DNA of 64,000 nt from Utricularia gibba (Eukaryota; Plantae; Magnoliophyta): contig NEEC01000015.1 in NCBI GenBank assembly GCA_002189035.1, positions 992,001 to 1,056,000 on the forward strand, read 5' to 3'. The first letter of the stretch is position 1. Each line of letters starts with the position of its first letter. Positions 1-13,371 of this stretch are shown here, in pieces. The translations under genes and the position numbers were made by a program. The notes beneath the pieces were generated by a model, which saw nothing but the letters and a program-made list of their open reading frames with translations, had not been told where the DNA came from and ran no database searches.

Positions 1-288
1 AGACTGAGAGTGTGAGTAGGGGTTGATTTCTTCTACCGAAAACCCCGTTTCTTGTTCGTAATTTGTTTTCTGGACAAGCTATACGAAGTTGAAGGAAGTA
101 GATACGGCCTCTGGCTACGTCAGGGTGTAGGACGGCAGCAGCAGCCACAGCAATGTTGGTGCCGCTTGCTTTTCTTTGAGCCGCGGTACTATTTTTTTTT
201 ATCTCCAGATCAGAAGTCCCTCTATTTCGTTTTTGGGTGACTTTTGGGTTTATTTATCGTAGGAACCACGATTTGGCGTGGGTGCTTT

Positions 289-3200
289 ATGTGTGGATCG
301 GCGAGAATGAGTGGGGGTAGTAGCCGTGAAGCGGAGGAAGAGTTGATCGATTTGAACAAACTGCCGGTGGAGAGAAAATGGGAGGCGATAGAGAAAAGCG
401 TCCTGGGTAATGGTGGGTGTGATCGGCCTGATGGGTTAGTTAAGCAAGGCTGGGTTTTGAGGTCGAGAACGGTGGCTATGAGTGATGGCGAGAAGCAAGT
501 GATTAAGATGGAGATAGTCAGTATGGCGGATAGCCGTGCAAATGAGGCTTCTGGGTTGGAGGATGAGGGTGAAGGGCAGAGTGCTGAGCCGCAGAGGGAG
601 ACAAAGATAGTGCGTAAGAGGGGGAGGCCTCGAAAAGCGGATTCTACGCCTGAGCCAGAGCCGGGACCGAGGCTGAGACTCTACCATTGGGTCATGCAGA
701 GAAGAGAAAGAGGGGAAGACCAACAAAACTCAATTCTGGAACTGAGTTGGTGCCCGAACAAACTCACAAGAAGAGGAAAAGGAGTAAAAGGAGGGGGAGG
801 CCTCAGAAATCGGAGTCCGGAAATGAGGTCTCTAGTCTGAATGGACGAGTTAAGCTTCAGGGGGGAGACCTCGTAAAAGACAAGGTGAAATCGTGATCTT
901 GAATTGTGGGGATTGTGCAATGGGACAGGAGGATGCCAATTCGAACACTTATGGCATCTCCGAAGGTGGAGTAAAGCTAACAGCGCCAATTAAGAGTAAG
1001 CGGGGTAGACCTCCGAAAAACGAAGCTAACATTGTGGCTTCTATTTTAAGTTGTGAGGATAGTGTACGGCAGGTGGAGGCTGATCGGAAGCGTATTGGCA
1101 TATGCAAACGACAAGGAAATCTGAAACGGAAGTGGAAGCTAGGAAGGCCTCCAAAAACTCCGAAAGAAAATGTGGAGTCGATGTCTAAGACGTATGATGT
1201 TAAAAGATGTTCCGGGAGTCGAGGATCTGCAAATCCTGGACCAAAGAAAAGGTTCAAACGCAGTTCATATGCTTCACGGCATGGAATCTTGAAAGGGGAA
1301 CCAGCAAGAGCTAAATCTGCTAAACAAACAAATGGGGGGCGTAATGAACAGAAACAACTTTTGAGGGACAGCATACTTGATATGCTGAAGAGTGCTGGGT
1401 GGTTTGTGGAATACAGGCAAAGGCAGTCCAAGGATTACTACGATGCTGTTTATGTTGATCTCCAGGGAAGAAGCTACTGGTCAATTACATTGGCCTACAA
1501 AAAATTCAAAGAGAGGATTGACAAAGGAAATGCAAGTGAGAAAGATATCTCGGCATTTGTCGCAATACCAGAGGAGACGCTTAGCTTGCTGTTCAGAGCC
1601 GATCGGAGAGGCAAGAGAAGTGACGAAAAGAATATCAATGTGAAGAAAAAATCAAGATGTACCATAGGTAAACAAAGAACTTTGTTGGCCCGTAGACCCA
1701 AAGATGGATCTGATAAGGATGGTTTTGAGCTATATCATGGAAAACGCTCTTTGCTATCCTGGATGATAGATCTTGGAACAGTTCCTTTAAGTGGAAAAGT
1801 GATGTATTTGAGAGGAAGGTGTAAAAAAAAGCTGCGTGAAGGGACTATTGAAAAAGAAGGAATCCGTTGTGGTTGTTGTAATATGTTGTATACGATCAGG
1901 GGTTTTGGGTCTCATGTAGGATGCATGCATGGCAAACCCTATGAGAACATTTATCTGGATTCTGGGACCTCTCTGTCTCAATGCCTTGTTGATTCGTGGA
2001 AAAAACATGTGGAAGCTGATGGTATTGGGTTTGCTTATGTTGATGTGGATGGTGATGATCCCAACGATGACACCTGCAATGTCTGTGGCGACGGTGGTGA
2101 CCTTATCTGTTGTGATAGCTGTCCATCAACCTTCCATCATGGCTGTTTGCGTATTGATGTATGCATTGCAGTATTGACCTTCTATTTGCTTTGGGCGGTG
2201 TTCTTAAGGATCCAAAGCTTTATTACTATTATTATTGATGTTTTTTAAGCTCTTGAAAGGTGTAAGGGATTGTGTATGCATTCTTGGTCCTAACCCATAA
2301 GTAGCTACACCCTTATCATAGAATTTCATATTATTGGCTGCAGGTTCCATCTGGAGATTGGCATTGCGTTTACTGTTCCTGCAAGTTCTGTGGGACTGCA
2401 GAAGAAACCTCAGAAAGGAATAAGTTGGTGGAGTGCCATACTTGTAATGAGAAATGTGAGCTCGTGCTTTTTTCCCTGTCATCAAGGGGTTATAGTTCTT
2501 TTCCCCTTCTTACAGTTCTAACAATAAGTATATCGTACTGTCTGCCTTCTCTTCAGTTCATGAATATTGCACCATCGAGATGACTTTCGAAGAAGGAAGC
2601 CTGTCCTTCTGTGGAAGTGCATGCTATAAGGTATGAGTTTTATATGATTATAGAAACGTAGTAACCTTATCGCCCTGAAATCTAGAAAACTTATCTAGTA
2701 TTGTCACTTTGACGTGTCGTAATGATTTGAAGGATGCTGCTTGTGTATGATCTTGAAATTCTCAGTGGCATGTTCGGATTGTATATTTTTAACCCATGCC
2801 CGCATTGCATGATACACCATCTTGCATTCGCTGTAAATTTTAGTTGCTCGTGTTACTGAGATGTGCATTTTACCTACAGATTTTTCAACAGTTCAGGGAC
2901 CTTCTTGGCTTAAAAAATGAACTCGACGAAGGTTTTTCCTATACAGTTCTTCAGTTTCGTAATTTCAGTTCCAAGGTGCCTCTGGATGGTGACATCTTGT
3001 CCTTGGAGGATTATTCGAAGTTAGCTGTTGCCTTCAATGTCATGGATGAGTGCTTTAAACCTATCACAGATGAGCGGAGTGGATCTAACATCATTCACAA
3101 TGTAGTGTACAGCTGTGGGTGAGTGTTTCTCTGTCCAAAATAGTTCGTATCATCTCTGGATATGTTTGAGCCTGCACTCCAGTGATATCTCCAATTTATG

Positions 3201-4344
3201 ATTTCATTTCTCTCTGCAAGAATGCACCTTTATTACTCTGCTCCCTTGTCTCATTTCACGCTAGGATTGTGAATTCATCTGAACTTAAAGCTTGATCAGT
3301 AATCATTCCCTTATTCATTTTTGCTCTCAGGTCAAACATCAGAAGGCTAAACTTTGAGAAATTTTTTACTGTTATCCTAGAGAAGGACGATGAACTTGTG
3401 TCTGTTGCGTCTATCAGGTTAAATTTCTGTTTTCAAAGCCACACACTTATTTGGTTCATTGCTCAATCTCTGTGTGTGCCCAAGTTTTCACTCATTGTGA
3501 TGGGATTTTAAAAGCATCATTGGAGTGTCCTACTTCTGATCATTTCCATTTTTTCACAGTGCTGCAATTCATTTAACTCGTAGTTAGGCTGCTTATTTAC
3601 CCAGTTAAAAAGCTCTAGTTTGAGCTCTTCGTGTTTGCATTCAAACAGAAAAAGAAAATCATGGGTTGCGTACTACACATTCTTTCAGTATGAGGACCGT
3701 GATCACTGACTCTGTTCCATGATACCTGGAAATAGAATACATGGGAGTCCACTAGCAGAGATGCCATTTATAGGAACTCGCTACATCTTCCGCCGTCAAG
3801 GGATGTGCAGTCGTCTTCTAGGTGCCATTGAAAAGGTTTTAGTTTATTTTGTTCAGCAACTGCCACTTGACAATGTGCTGGTTTGAGCTTGACGGTTTCC
3901 TCGTTCTGTTGCCAGGTTCTTAGCTCACTCGGCGTGGAGAAACTTGTTATACCTGCAATATCTGAACTCAATGACACATGGACCAACGTGTTCGGTTTCG
4001 TCCCACTTGAAGAATCGAAGAGGCTAGAAATGAAGCACATGAACTTGATTGCATTCCCAGGTGTCGACATGCTGCAGAAGCCCATTCAGCCGGGGCAATC
4101 GACTGTTGAACGCCAGAGTGTGCCAGGAAAGTGTGCCTCAGAATCGAATCCTCACTGCGATGTCAAAATGCAAGACGCTGCAGAAGCTCTGTGCCCCGTT
4201 TTATCACCCCCACATGAAGAAATGGATGATGCTATGCCGATGGTAGTTCCTCCAAACTCAGTCGTGAGAATGGATGAGGCACAATGTGCTGCCGTTCCGT
4301 CCGCCGTCGCAGATGGGGCGCTTTTCCGATCCACATGTGTCTGA
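289..4344 (+). CDS. IDM1: INCREASED DNA METHYLATION 1-like histone acetyltransferase (multiple AT-hooks, PHD finger, GNAT domain); two apparent frameshifts in exon 1
   Basis: Exons by GT-AG and phase: 289-2158, 2344-2455, 2557-2630, 2880-3118, 3331-3417, 3736-3835, 3916-4344. [43 protein letters not shown]; [41 protein letters not shown]. Exon 1 needs two -1 corrections (663-665, 860-865). Start ATG 289 or 307. Orthologue versus paralogue of IDM1 not resolved. Confidence 0.85.
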
Positions 4345-5495
4345 ATCAACCGGATATTAGGAGTTGTCTATATAGCCCACAGTTGTAAACCCGAACATTC
4401 AATTTTGATCACAATGCAAGGGTTGTTTTTGCCACGGCTTCTTCCAGAAGGAAGCATGAGTCTTTCATCGGAATCACTTTATGATCCAAAAGAAGTTAAA
4501 TGCAGGAATTGCCAACGAATATTAACTCCAGGAATCACCTTCCTGTTTCGTTGCAAGAATGTTCCTTTAAGCTGCTGGGAAGCACCAGGTATGCTGCCCT
4601 TTGATATGTTGGGTTCATTTCACATGGTCCTCCCTTGAGAAAGATTGTGACTTTGCAGTGACTGAGTTCCTGGTTTGAACTCCCAGCGCTCTAGGCTTGC
4701 GCAGCAGCAAATTAAGAACATGGGTTCACTGAGTTACCTTGGATGGAGGAATTTTTGTTTGCTGTCACTTTTCTTGCTGGTCCTGCTGAGGAAACCGGAC
4801 TAACACTTATCTTGCGTTGCAGCTTCAGTAAACACCCATAAAAACGCAGATGCGTTTTCAATTACCGGCTCGTGAAGAAGGTGCAGCGAAAGGAGTAATG
4901 AAAAAGTAGCAGTAGTAGTTGGATTGACAGTACCTTCAAGAAGAGCAATGATAGAGGGTACCACTTCTCTCTTTTTAATCTGTACTCTGAATTGAAAGCT
5001 CCTAAAAACTACATGAAACTTTGGGCCCATCTGCTATGCTACAGATACAAGACAACATCAATGCGGATTCCCCTTCTCTGCTCTGCTGCTTTCACGTGGA
5101 TTCACGGATTCCAAGGCTTGTGAAGGTTTAAAATTCTAATCCCAATTTTTCGAAGAATGCCTGCGTAACATGGGGGGATTATCAATCCAGAGGAAGCATT
5201 AACTGTTGAAGCAGGCGGTGTTAACGAATTCTGACTCAGTTTTTCACTTTTTTCAGTCCATGGCGTGAGCTCCCATGGATTCTCTTTTTTTTTTTCTGAA
5301 GTAATCTCATCACAATAATGGTCTACAATTACGTATGAGATGTAGCTTTTTTTCCATATTTGTGGCGCCCCATATTTTTGTCTCTATCTTCCCAATCACA
5401 TTTTCACGCAGGGAGTGTGGCATTCTTAAATATGCTTTAATGCCAAATGAATCGATAGCAGAGCGAGAAGAAAGGGAGGTCAGGTGGTGGGGGAA

Positions 5496-6387
5496 ATGGG
5501 TTCACTTCTGAGGCAACTGAGCAGCAACCAAAGCTGGAAATCATCATCAAGGAGATGGGATAAGGGTGGAAAGTGGGATGATACATTCGAAGGGATGAAG
5601 GGGATGTACGGAAGCTATGGAAGTGCTGGTTTTGTGGCAAAGAAAAGAGTAATGGTGGTGGTGGATCAGTCTTCACATTCTAAGCAAGCTATGATGTGGG
5701 CTCTCACCCATGTTGCTAAAACGGGTGATGTTTTGACTCTGCTTCAGATAATCTCTCCTTCTGAGGATTCCTCAGTGTCTCAGCTTGCTACCACGCTTGG
5801 CTCACTCTGTAAGGCCTGTAAGCCTGAGGTCAGTCTAATTTTTGGGCTTTATGAACTTGGCTCTCAACTTTCTGGGACTCTTGTAGATGGATCTGGATGA
5901 TTTGTTTTGGCTCTAGTGGCCAAGTGTACATCAATGTTGCAAGAGAGTTCACTTTGCACTGTTTCAGCTAGCAAATCTTCTCTTTTCTTTTTGCTGTGGA
6001 GTTGAACAAGTAAAATTCTTTTGTAGGTTGAAGTAGAAGCCCTGGTGATTCAAGGACCAAAAATGGCTACTGTTATCAGCCAAGTGAAGAAGCTGGAAGT
6101 GAAGGTGCTGGTTTTGGGTCAGAAGAAGCCTTCTTTACTCCTTAAATGGTTAGTACTTGGTACATGAATGACTTGAACTTTCACCAAAGCGCAGATTTTT
6201 TACTTAAAAGTTGTTTTGGTTTGTGTTCATTGGCAGTATGTGTTTAAAGAGTAGCGCAGATGAGTTTGTTGAGCAGTGTATCAACACATTGGACTGCTTA
6301 ACAATTGGAGTGAGGAAGCAGAGCAGCGGTGTTGGTGGATACCTCGTTAGCACCAGATGGCACAGGAATTTCTGGCTTTTGGCCTAG
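5496..6387 (+). CDS. Universal stress protein A-like (adenine nucleotide alpha-hydrolase-like) protein
   Basis: Exons 5496-5828, 6027-6148, 6237-6387 join in frame: KRVMVVVDQSSHSKQAMMWALTHV..VEVEALVIQGPKMATVISQVKKLEVKVLVLGQKKP..GGYLVSTRWHRNFWLLA*. Confidence 0.88.
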
Positions 6388-6986
6388 CTTTACATGATTA
6401 ACAGTTTGTAGAATCCTAAGTTCTGGGCTGTGATTTAAGCTATGAACATGCCTTCAATCACCCGAAATGTGTAAGAATTTGCATTTCAGAATCTAATGGA
6501 TTGATTGCTAAAATGAGGAGTTCAATACATCTGGGGAAAAAGGTCTACTGCTACTTTTTCCTAAAAGCTTTGTCTCTGTTCATCCATAGAAGGTAGAGCT
6601 GGTGAGGGTCATGCCGCATCGGACGGCTGAATCGGCAACCCGTGAGCATGTAAGAAGATGAGGTGAACAAGAAATGGATCCTCTTGAAGGAACCATTACA
6701 CAAGTTCATTGAAATCTCTGGTATCATTGGGGACTGCTAGAATCCAACAGGCATCCCAGTGAACATGTCTTTATCAAGGGGAAAAGATGATAAATGCTTC
6801 TGTAAAAAGATGAGTCGACTCCCAACAACATTGAAAGTCACCGCATCAATGGAATGAATGACATAAAAAGTTATGGAAGCTTAGATCCAAAAAATGAGAA
6901 GAATGGCTGCTTTATCGCCTTCAGGTTTCATGTATATTGAAACATGTAGCTGATTCAATTAGCTCATTTCCGCAAGGTGATTATGT

Positions 6987-7210
6987 AAGAAACAAGGGTA
7001 TAGATATACAGCACATGCCTTGCCAAAATGAATTTACTACTGGTATTGAATGCAATCACAACAGCTTCGATCTAAGAATTCCGGCAACCATAATGACCAA
7101 GAAACAAGGGTATAGATATAGAGCACATCCCTTGCCACAATGAATTTCCTGGTGGTATTGAATGCAATCACAATAGCTTCGATCTAAAAATTCCAGCAAC
7201 CATAATGACC
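6987..7210. repeat. 112-bp direct tandem duplication (2 copies)
   Basis: 6987-7098 and 7099-7210 both begin AAGAAACAAGGGTATAGATATA and end GCAACCATAATGACC; 9 mismatches by manual alignment (~92% identity). Confidence 0.95.
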
Positions 7211-7491
7211 GCAAAAAGTACAAAAACCGTTGACCTTATCCTTCCGATACCTAGTGGTTAATATAGTTCTCTCTCCCCTTAGCTACGAAACAGTTTCATC
7301 AACTAGGCTTTGAGTTACATTTAATACCAAAGATAGCAGATATGGGCATGCATAACAAATGTTTCAAACGGAACGCATAATAACAAGTACAACAAGCTTG
7401 TTAGTTAAAAAAGTTTTGTAGTGAAGTGAAAAAAAAACCCCGCATTTTCTTGATATGGCCTTTTTGAAAAACATTTGACTCGTAGAACTTG

Positions 7492-9404
7492 CTATACGGT
7501 AAAGAGTGGCTGCTGATTAATAGCCATTTTTTCCAGGTTCCTACTCTCATCACTTGCTATAGTTGTAGCAAAGATGGCTTGGATTCTGGAGAATCCTGGT
7601 ATGTTCGAAGTGTCTACCATGAAATCTTCATGCGTTGCTAGAGATTGAAGTTGTCTTCTAAGAGAAGCGATTGTATTTTGGCATTCTGCAAGCTTATCTG
7701 CAGCAGATAGATTCTTCTGTTTTTCACTGACTGTATTCTCCTTTTCGTGGATCATAGGTCCCTCACCCTTTGTAGTTACTCTTGGCTCGTTTTCATCTAG
7801 CTCTTGAACCATCATCCTTACGGATGATTTTTGCTCACGCTCATTTTCGATCTTCTTCACATTATCTCCTAGAAAAATGCTTGCTCCATTTTCCGTGTCA
7901 AGCAACTGGGCCCGAGATTCTTTAGACACCAGCTCTTTCAACTTTGATCTGCCTTCATTCAAGGAAACTTGCCTTTCGAACGAGACTGTCTCAAGCTGTA
8001 TTCTCTCCACTTCTGCATTCTCCAACTTCTTTTCCAGTTCATCCGCTCTCTCAAAAGCCGCATAACAGTCTGCCATCAAGGGGCTATCCAGTGAAGCAGA
8101 TCGTCTACAGGGCGATCCTGATGAAGATAAATCAGGCGTGTTGGTCTTAGTGTCAGGTAATCCTGCTAGACGCTCCATTTCAAGAAAATCATCCATAAGG
8201 CCGATTCCCATTGGGAATGCTCTTAAACCTTCTGATGAAGGCTTCTCATTCTTGAATTGATCCAACTCTGCAATTAACGCCGAAGCCCAAAGGCTTGCAG
8301 GGTCCTGCTCCAAGGTGTTCAGTTCCATATTACTAGTTACTAAAGTTTCAGCATCAATCACACTTGCCCCGTCCCCACAATCTGTGAAAGAATCAGCATA
8401 GAAGTAAGCAGCAGTTACGCTCCTTTTGTTGTTTGGAGGTGATAGTTTCCTAGTAAGAAGCTGCATTCTTCGGAGTTCTGACTCGAGCTTAACAACCTTT
8501 TTCATGGCCTCCAACTGCAGCTTCCTTGAGTTCTCTGCTGCTTGTATGCTTAGATCCCTCTCATACATCACGATTTCCAAGTCCTTGCATATGGAAACAA
8601 GCTCTTTCTTCAGAAACGAGTTTTCTTTTTCCAGAATGAAGCAAGATTTGGGATCAGAACAAGCATTGGCTTCTGCGTGTGTAAGCTGTGCCATGCATTC
8701 TTCTAAGGCAGCTTCAAGATGAGTAACTCGAACTTCTAGGTTCACGTTCTGCTGCACAGCTACATCAATCTGCAACTTCAAATTTGACACTTGCTTTTCC
8801 GCATCTTCCCAACCTAAGATACCAAAAATGGTTTAGGGTTGTTCTGGTTTAGGGTTTCAGTGTTGTTCTGTATCTGCTTTGGGTTGCATCTAGATTTCGG
8901 ATTACACCCAAAAACACAGACAGCAGAACAAATCTTTGTGCACAGACTTATTTTTCAAACAGAGTATCATAGCACGAAATGACTCACCAACTATGGCCTC
9001 TTCAGCAACTTTGACGTGTTGCTTCGCCAGTTCCTCTTTAGCACTAACGTTACCCAAAGCAGCTGATAGCTTTTCTAGAACATCTCTCGCAGTTTCCTTC
9101 ATTATATCTTCCCGACGAAACGCTTCCTGCTGCAGCCATTCTTCATGAATTAAGAAGCAAGAGAATGCCAACAATAACTCTATACGAGAATTTCTGAAGC
9201 ACACTCAACAAACCGTAAAGTCAAGAACCTCTCTCATTATTTTGGGAGACCCCCACCTGTTTAATTCTTTTGACCTCAACAAGAAATACTAACCTGGTCA
9301 TTACAATCCTTGTCGGAATGTAGAGAAGATGACCCTGAGCTTCCACTGTCAAATGAACTCATCTCGGAAGATTTCCGCTTCCACAGCCACTTCCTCTTCT
9401 GCAT
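7492..9404 (-). CDS. Filament-like plant protein (FPP, DUF869 coiled-coil)
   Basis: Exons 9404-9294 (MQKRKWLWKRKSSE), ~9129/9126-8988 (KLSAALGNVSAKEELAKQHVKVAEEAIVG), 8813-7492 (WEDAE..LMDDFLEMERLA..AADKLAECQNTIASLRRQLQSLA); motifs characteristic of the FPP family. Confidence 0.88.
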
Positions 9405-10889
9405 CTCGATTGGCTGTTAAGTTTGCACCTTCTTCACACAACATTCATCTCCAAAACCGCAACAAGAACACCCAAAAAACACTTTCCCCATTTCAAATCC
9501 CATCGATTTTAACGGGTAACACCTCACAACATGATAACTTCACTCCATAGTTTGCTACAGCTATCTATTAAAAAAAAAAAAAAAAAACTGCACAAGAAAC
9601 TGGAAGAACGAACAAAAGGAGCATACCAGAGAAACACAATGAAGCAAACACAGCTACCGATTTTAGGAGTACTCGTCACCAATCGATCGAACATTACCCC
9701 AGAAACCAACTTCAAATCTTTCAGCATACACCATTACCATATTTTCCGTCGGATCGCCATTAAACATCATCCAGGTTTTCACCCCCACCTGCTCTCAATC
9801 CCGCTCAGTATTTATTAATTTAAAATCGCCAAATTCTCGAATTTCGTTTTTTTATTTATTATTTTGAAATTTACTCCCGCTCGAGAAGCCATGCTCAGAC
9901 CACCGCAGTCCGCAGCAAAATCGAATGGCCTGGCCCAAATAGTGGACTGAATCCAGTAAAGGCCCATTCTCCACACTTACCTCTTTTTCCCTCATTTTGT
10001 ATTTTTTTAAATTAAGAAAATACTGAAAAAACCATGACAAAAAATTAGGTTTTTTGAACATCCGGTGGCGAAGAATTGAGACATCATTCACAAAAAATTA
10101 TTATTAACATCACTTTTTTTTCCAAATTAATCATCAAGAAGTTGTCTGAATACTATGTATTTGTTTGATGTGTTTAATAACAAATACATACATTTGGTTT
10201 GTAGTTGAATTATTTAGAATATATCATTTATAATGATTAATAGAAAAAATAAAATGCATCCTTTATTTTATTTAAATTGATATTTTTATCATCTTTATCA
10301 TATTGTGTCTTTTAAATATGTTTTATATCATGCTTTTGGAGTATAATATTATATACTTTATTTATAGTAATAAAAATTCTTTATTAATTATTTTATGTTC
10401 ATATTATTGCTACATTTTTTTATTTGAAAACTTGTTTATGGCTGCATTATTAAAGCAGGGAAACACAAAAATTTTAGAAATCAAAAGCGAAAATAGAGGG
10501 TAAATATGGAAAAAAATTAAATCTGAATTGATTTTCAAAACTCAACTACAATGTAAGTTTTGAAATACGCGTATGTTTAAACACATAAACACTCGTACCA
10601 AACCAACATTATTAATACATTTATATTTAAACACATTAATACTTTTTCCAATCACTTCCTTAATAATTTACATATAAAATATTAAATACCCCACCAACCT
10701 AACATGTCGATTCCAAAACCCTAATCTACTAACCAAACCAATCTTTAATTTAATTTTACTATAACTCAAATAAACTAAACCCATCCAATATGCTAGGGCA
10801 GAGCTGGGCCATGATCACCCGACCCGCCCTTAAAAAAATTAAATATTGATTTTTAATTAAATATTATATCTTTAATACTATAAAACTCT

Positions 10890-11250
10890 TTCACATTATG
10901 GATCGAGACTCCTCAAGAAACTCACCCCTAAGGTTCAACGCCTGGTGGGGTTTGCCTAACTTGTTAGAAGATTATCCAGGTCTAAGATTTACACTGATCC
11001 AGATAGGATTTCCCCTAGTTCTTTCGCCACATTCTTACAAAGAATAACATGGCCCTTGTTCTTCCGCCACAGTACTGTTTGGACACAGTGATCTAGGGCT
11101 GCCTGCCTGCTTCAAATCGGTGCTGTCCATTTTGGATTGAGCCAGCCAAGAACTCATATCCCAATTTCTGTGATTCCATCACATAGGACATGGACATTTA
11201 TGGTAGTATTGTCATCTTATAAATGACATATTTAGTCGATGTGGGACAAA
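10890..11250. mobile_element. Possible degenerate LTR-retrotransposon LTR remnant
   Basis: Higher-GC patch in AT-rich intergenic DNA containing TAGTCGATGTGGGAC (~11233-11247; reverse GTCCCACATCGAC), a motif I recall near the ends of short plant Copia/TRIM-type LTRs. No TG..CA termini, target-site duplication or coding remnant identified. Confidence 0.25.
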
Positions 11251-12694
11251 TTGCGTATGGTGTGATGTATTTATCATGGATTTTGAGCCATCATTTTAAT
11301 AAGAGTGCAGCATTTTGACTTGGTGAAAGGCTGCAAGACAAACTAGTTTGGTTTAGATCTACTCACCATTTGAAATTTATTCATGCAAGATAATATTTAA
11401 TAGGAAAGTGCGCATTGTCAAGAACTAGTGATACTTTTAGAAACTAACTACAAGACAAGACAACAAACTGCCAAACCTGATTTAGGTGCTTCATGATACT
11501 AGCCCTATCATCACATGCCAATAGCAACAAAGATGCCGGTGGTTGGTAATGACCTAATAATAATATAATAATATAATTATTATTATATAATATAAACGAC
11601 CCGTGATTTTCTTGTGGGTTGGTTTAGGTGCTTTCACCGACGAGGGCATGGGCTAACTCCGACCACATAAATTCACGTGTTATAACATGCAAGTTGCATA
11701 CGTAACATTCAGACACGGTGCATTGTATCATATATAATGATATTATCACTAGACTTGTTCTTATCTTCAAAAGCACGTATATTAAAAATTACATCGTTTT
11801 AATAGACGTGTTTTCTAATATACACATAAATATAATTGTATAATCTCTCTAATCATGCTTTTTTAATACAGGCATATACATAAAGCAATAAAATTTTGAT
11901 ACTAAAACGACGTCGTTTTATTGTATAACCTCTTTAATCTTCTTGTTAAATACAGGCATATATATATAAAGCAATACAATTTTAAATATAATCTTTCAAT
12001 CATAACCCCATGATAAATGTTTATGTAATTAAAATACATTATCAATCAAAATCATCATAAGAAGTTGACTAGTTTTGCGCATTTTTCCAGAAAAGTTGAT
12101 GCCCTAATTAAAAAGCAAGTAGAGGAAAGGGATAGAAAAGCAAGTGGGAAAGGAAGACAAGAGGCGTTGAAACTTAGCCCTCAAGTACAGTGACAGTATC
12201 TAATCCTCGCAATTCGAGACCTGGTCGTCGGCTTGTGTGGAAGTAATAGCATTTAATGAATGTTTCTGGGTAGGCGCCGAAACATGGAGTCAACTCTCAC
12301 ACTTAGTCATTTTGATAAAAATTTGACTTGCAGCAGCACATGTAGTTTTCATCGCAAATTATAACGTGCATAAACACACGCTATTGCTGGGTTTTCTTAT
12401 TACATTGTTGGGTCTTTGTTGCCACATGCATGGCACTAAATTTCACAACGCAAAGGGCTAACGGTAAGACCATGTTTGGTAATAAACATAAGATGATATA
12501 TCTTAATATACGGGATAACAATAACATCAGTAATACATTTTCATGGGATACTTTTTTATTTATTTCTATAAGACATAAAATTGTATAGACATAAAACGAT
12601 GATTTTTAGGGCAAAGAAGGAGAAGACTGCTGAATCACGTGGGCAAGACAACTTCAAATGAGAGCCGCCTTTCATTAAATGGGATAACAACGGT

Positions 12695-12876
12695 AATGTT
12701 ATGTTTCATATTCATCCTCAAAATAATTTTTTTAAAAAATGATAATGTGAATTAAAATGGAAACAAGTGTGGGCCTTTGTTTCGGTGAGCCTGCAGTTTC
12801 GGTGAATTAAAATGATAATGTGAATTAAAATGTTATGTTTCATATTCATCTTCAAATGTTTCGGTGAGCCTGCAGT
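12695..12876. repeat. Patchwork of short dispersed direct repeats (templated insertion)
   Basis: A (28 bp, 1 mismatch) 12695-12722 = 12829-12856; B (24 bp, identical) 12736-12759 = 12809-12832; C (20 bp, identical) 12778-12797 = 12857-12876. Confidence 0.92.
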
Positions 12877-13371
12877 CCGCATGGCTTAGCAATGAACCCT
12901 GTTCGTTCGAAAACGTGGTGGGTCGGGTTTGATGAGACAACCCGAAAACCCACGTGTTAGAGGGTGCTATGCCTTTGTTATAGTCGGGTTGTCTTTTACC
13001 AGAAGCATGGCATGTGCCATTGTAGGGCAATGCGAACAAAAACAAGCTTTATTATTATGGATTTTGTAATAAATTAGATTTTTTTTCTTTTTATTGGAAA
13101 TGAATATGAGAATTAAAAAAAAAAAAAAAAGACAAGACAGGGGCTGCCCTTACAAAAGGGAAAAAAAGGAACGCCTGTAAAAAAGGCGGACCTCTCATAG
13201 CCCAATGTACTAGATAAGAGCAGCGCCTAAAGATTCAACACGTGGGTCCCAGCACCCACCAGAAAAATTTCCCCATGTGACGATTATGTCACCGTTCTCG
13301 CGTTCACTGTTTTCTTAATCCCCCACGTGTTGCTGCAAAGGCGCACATTCCATTCCCCTTCTCCCCCCAAC

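Noticed and set aside
12281-12477. MITE bounded by AAACATGG/CCATGTTT
   Set aside because: Only an 8-bp inverted match with no target-site duplication; expected by chance in AT-rich DNA.
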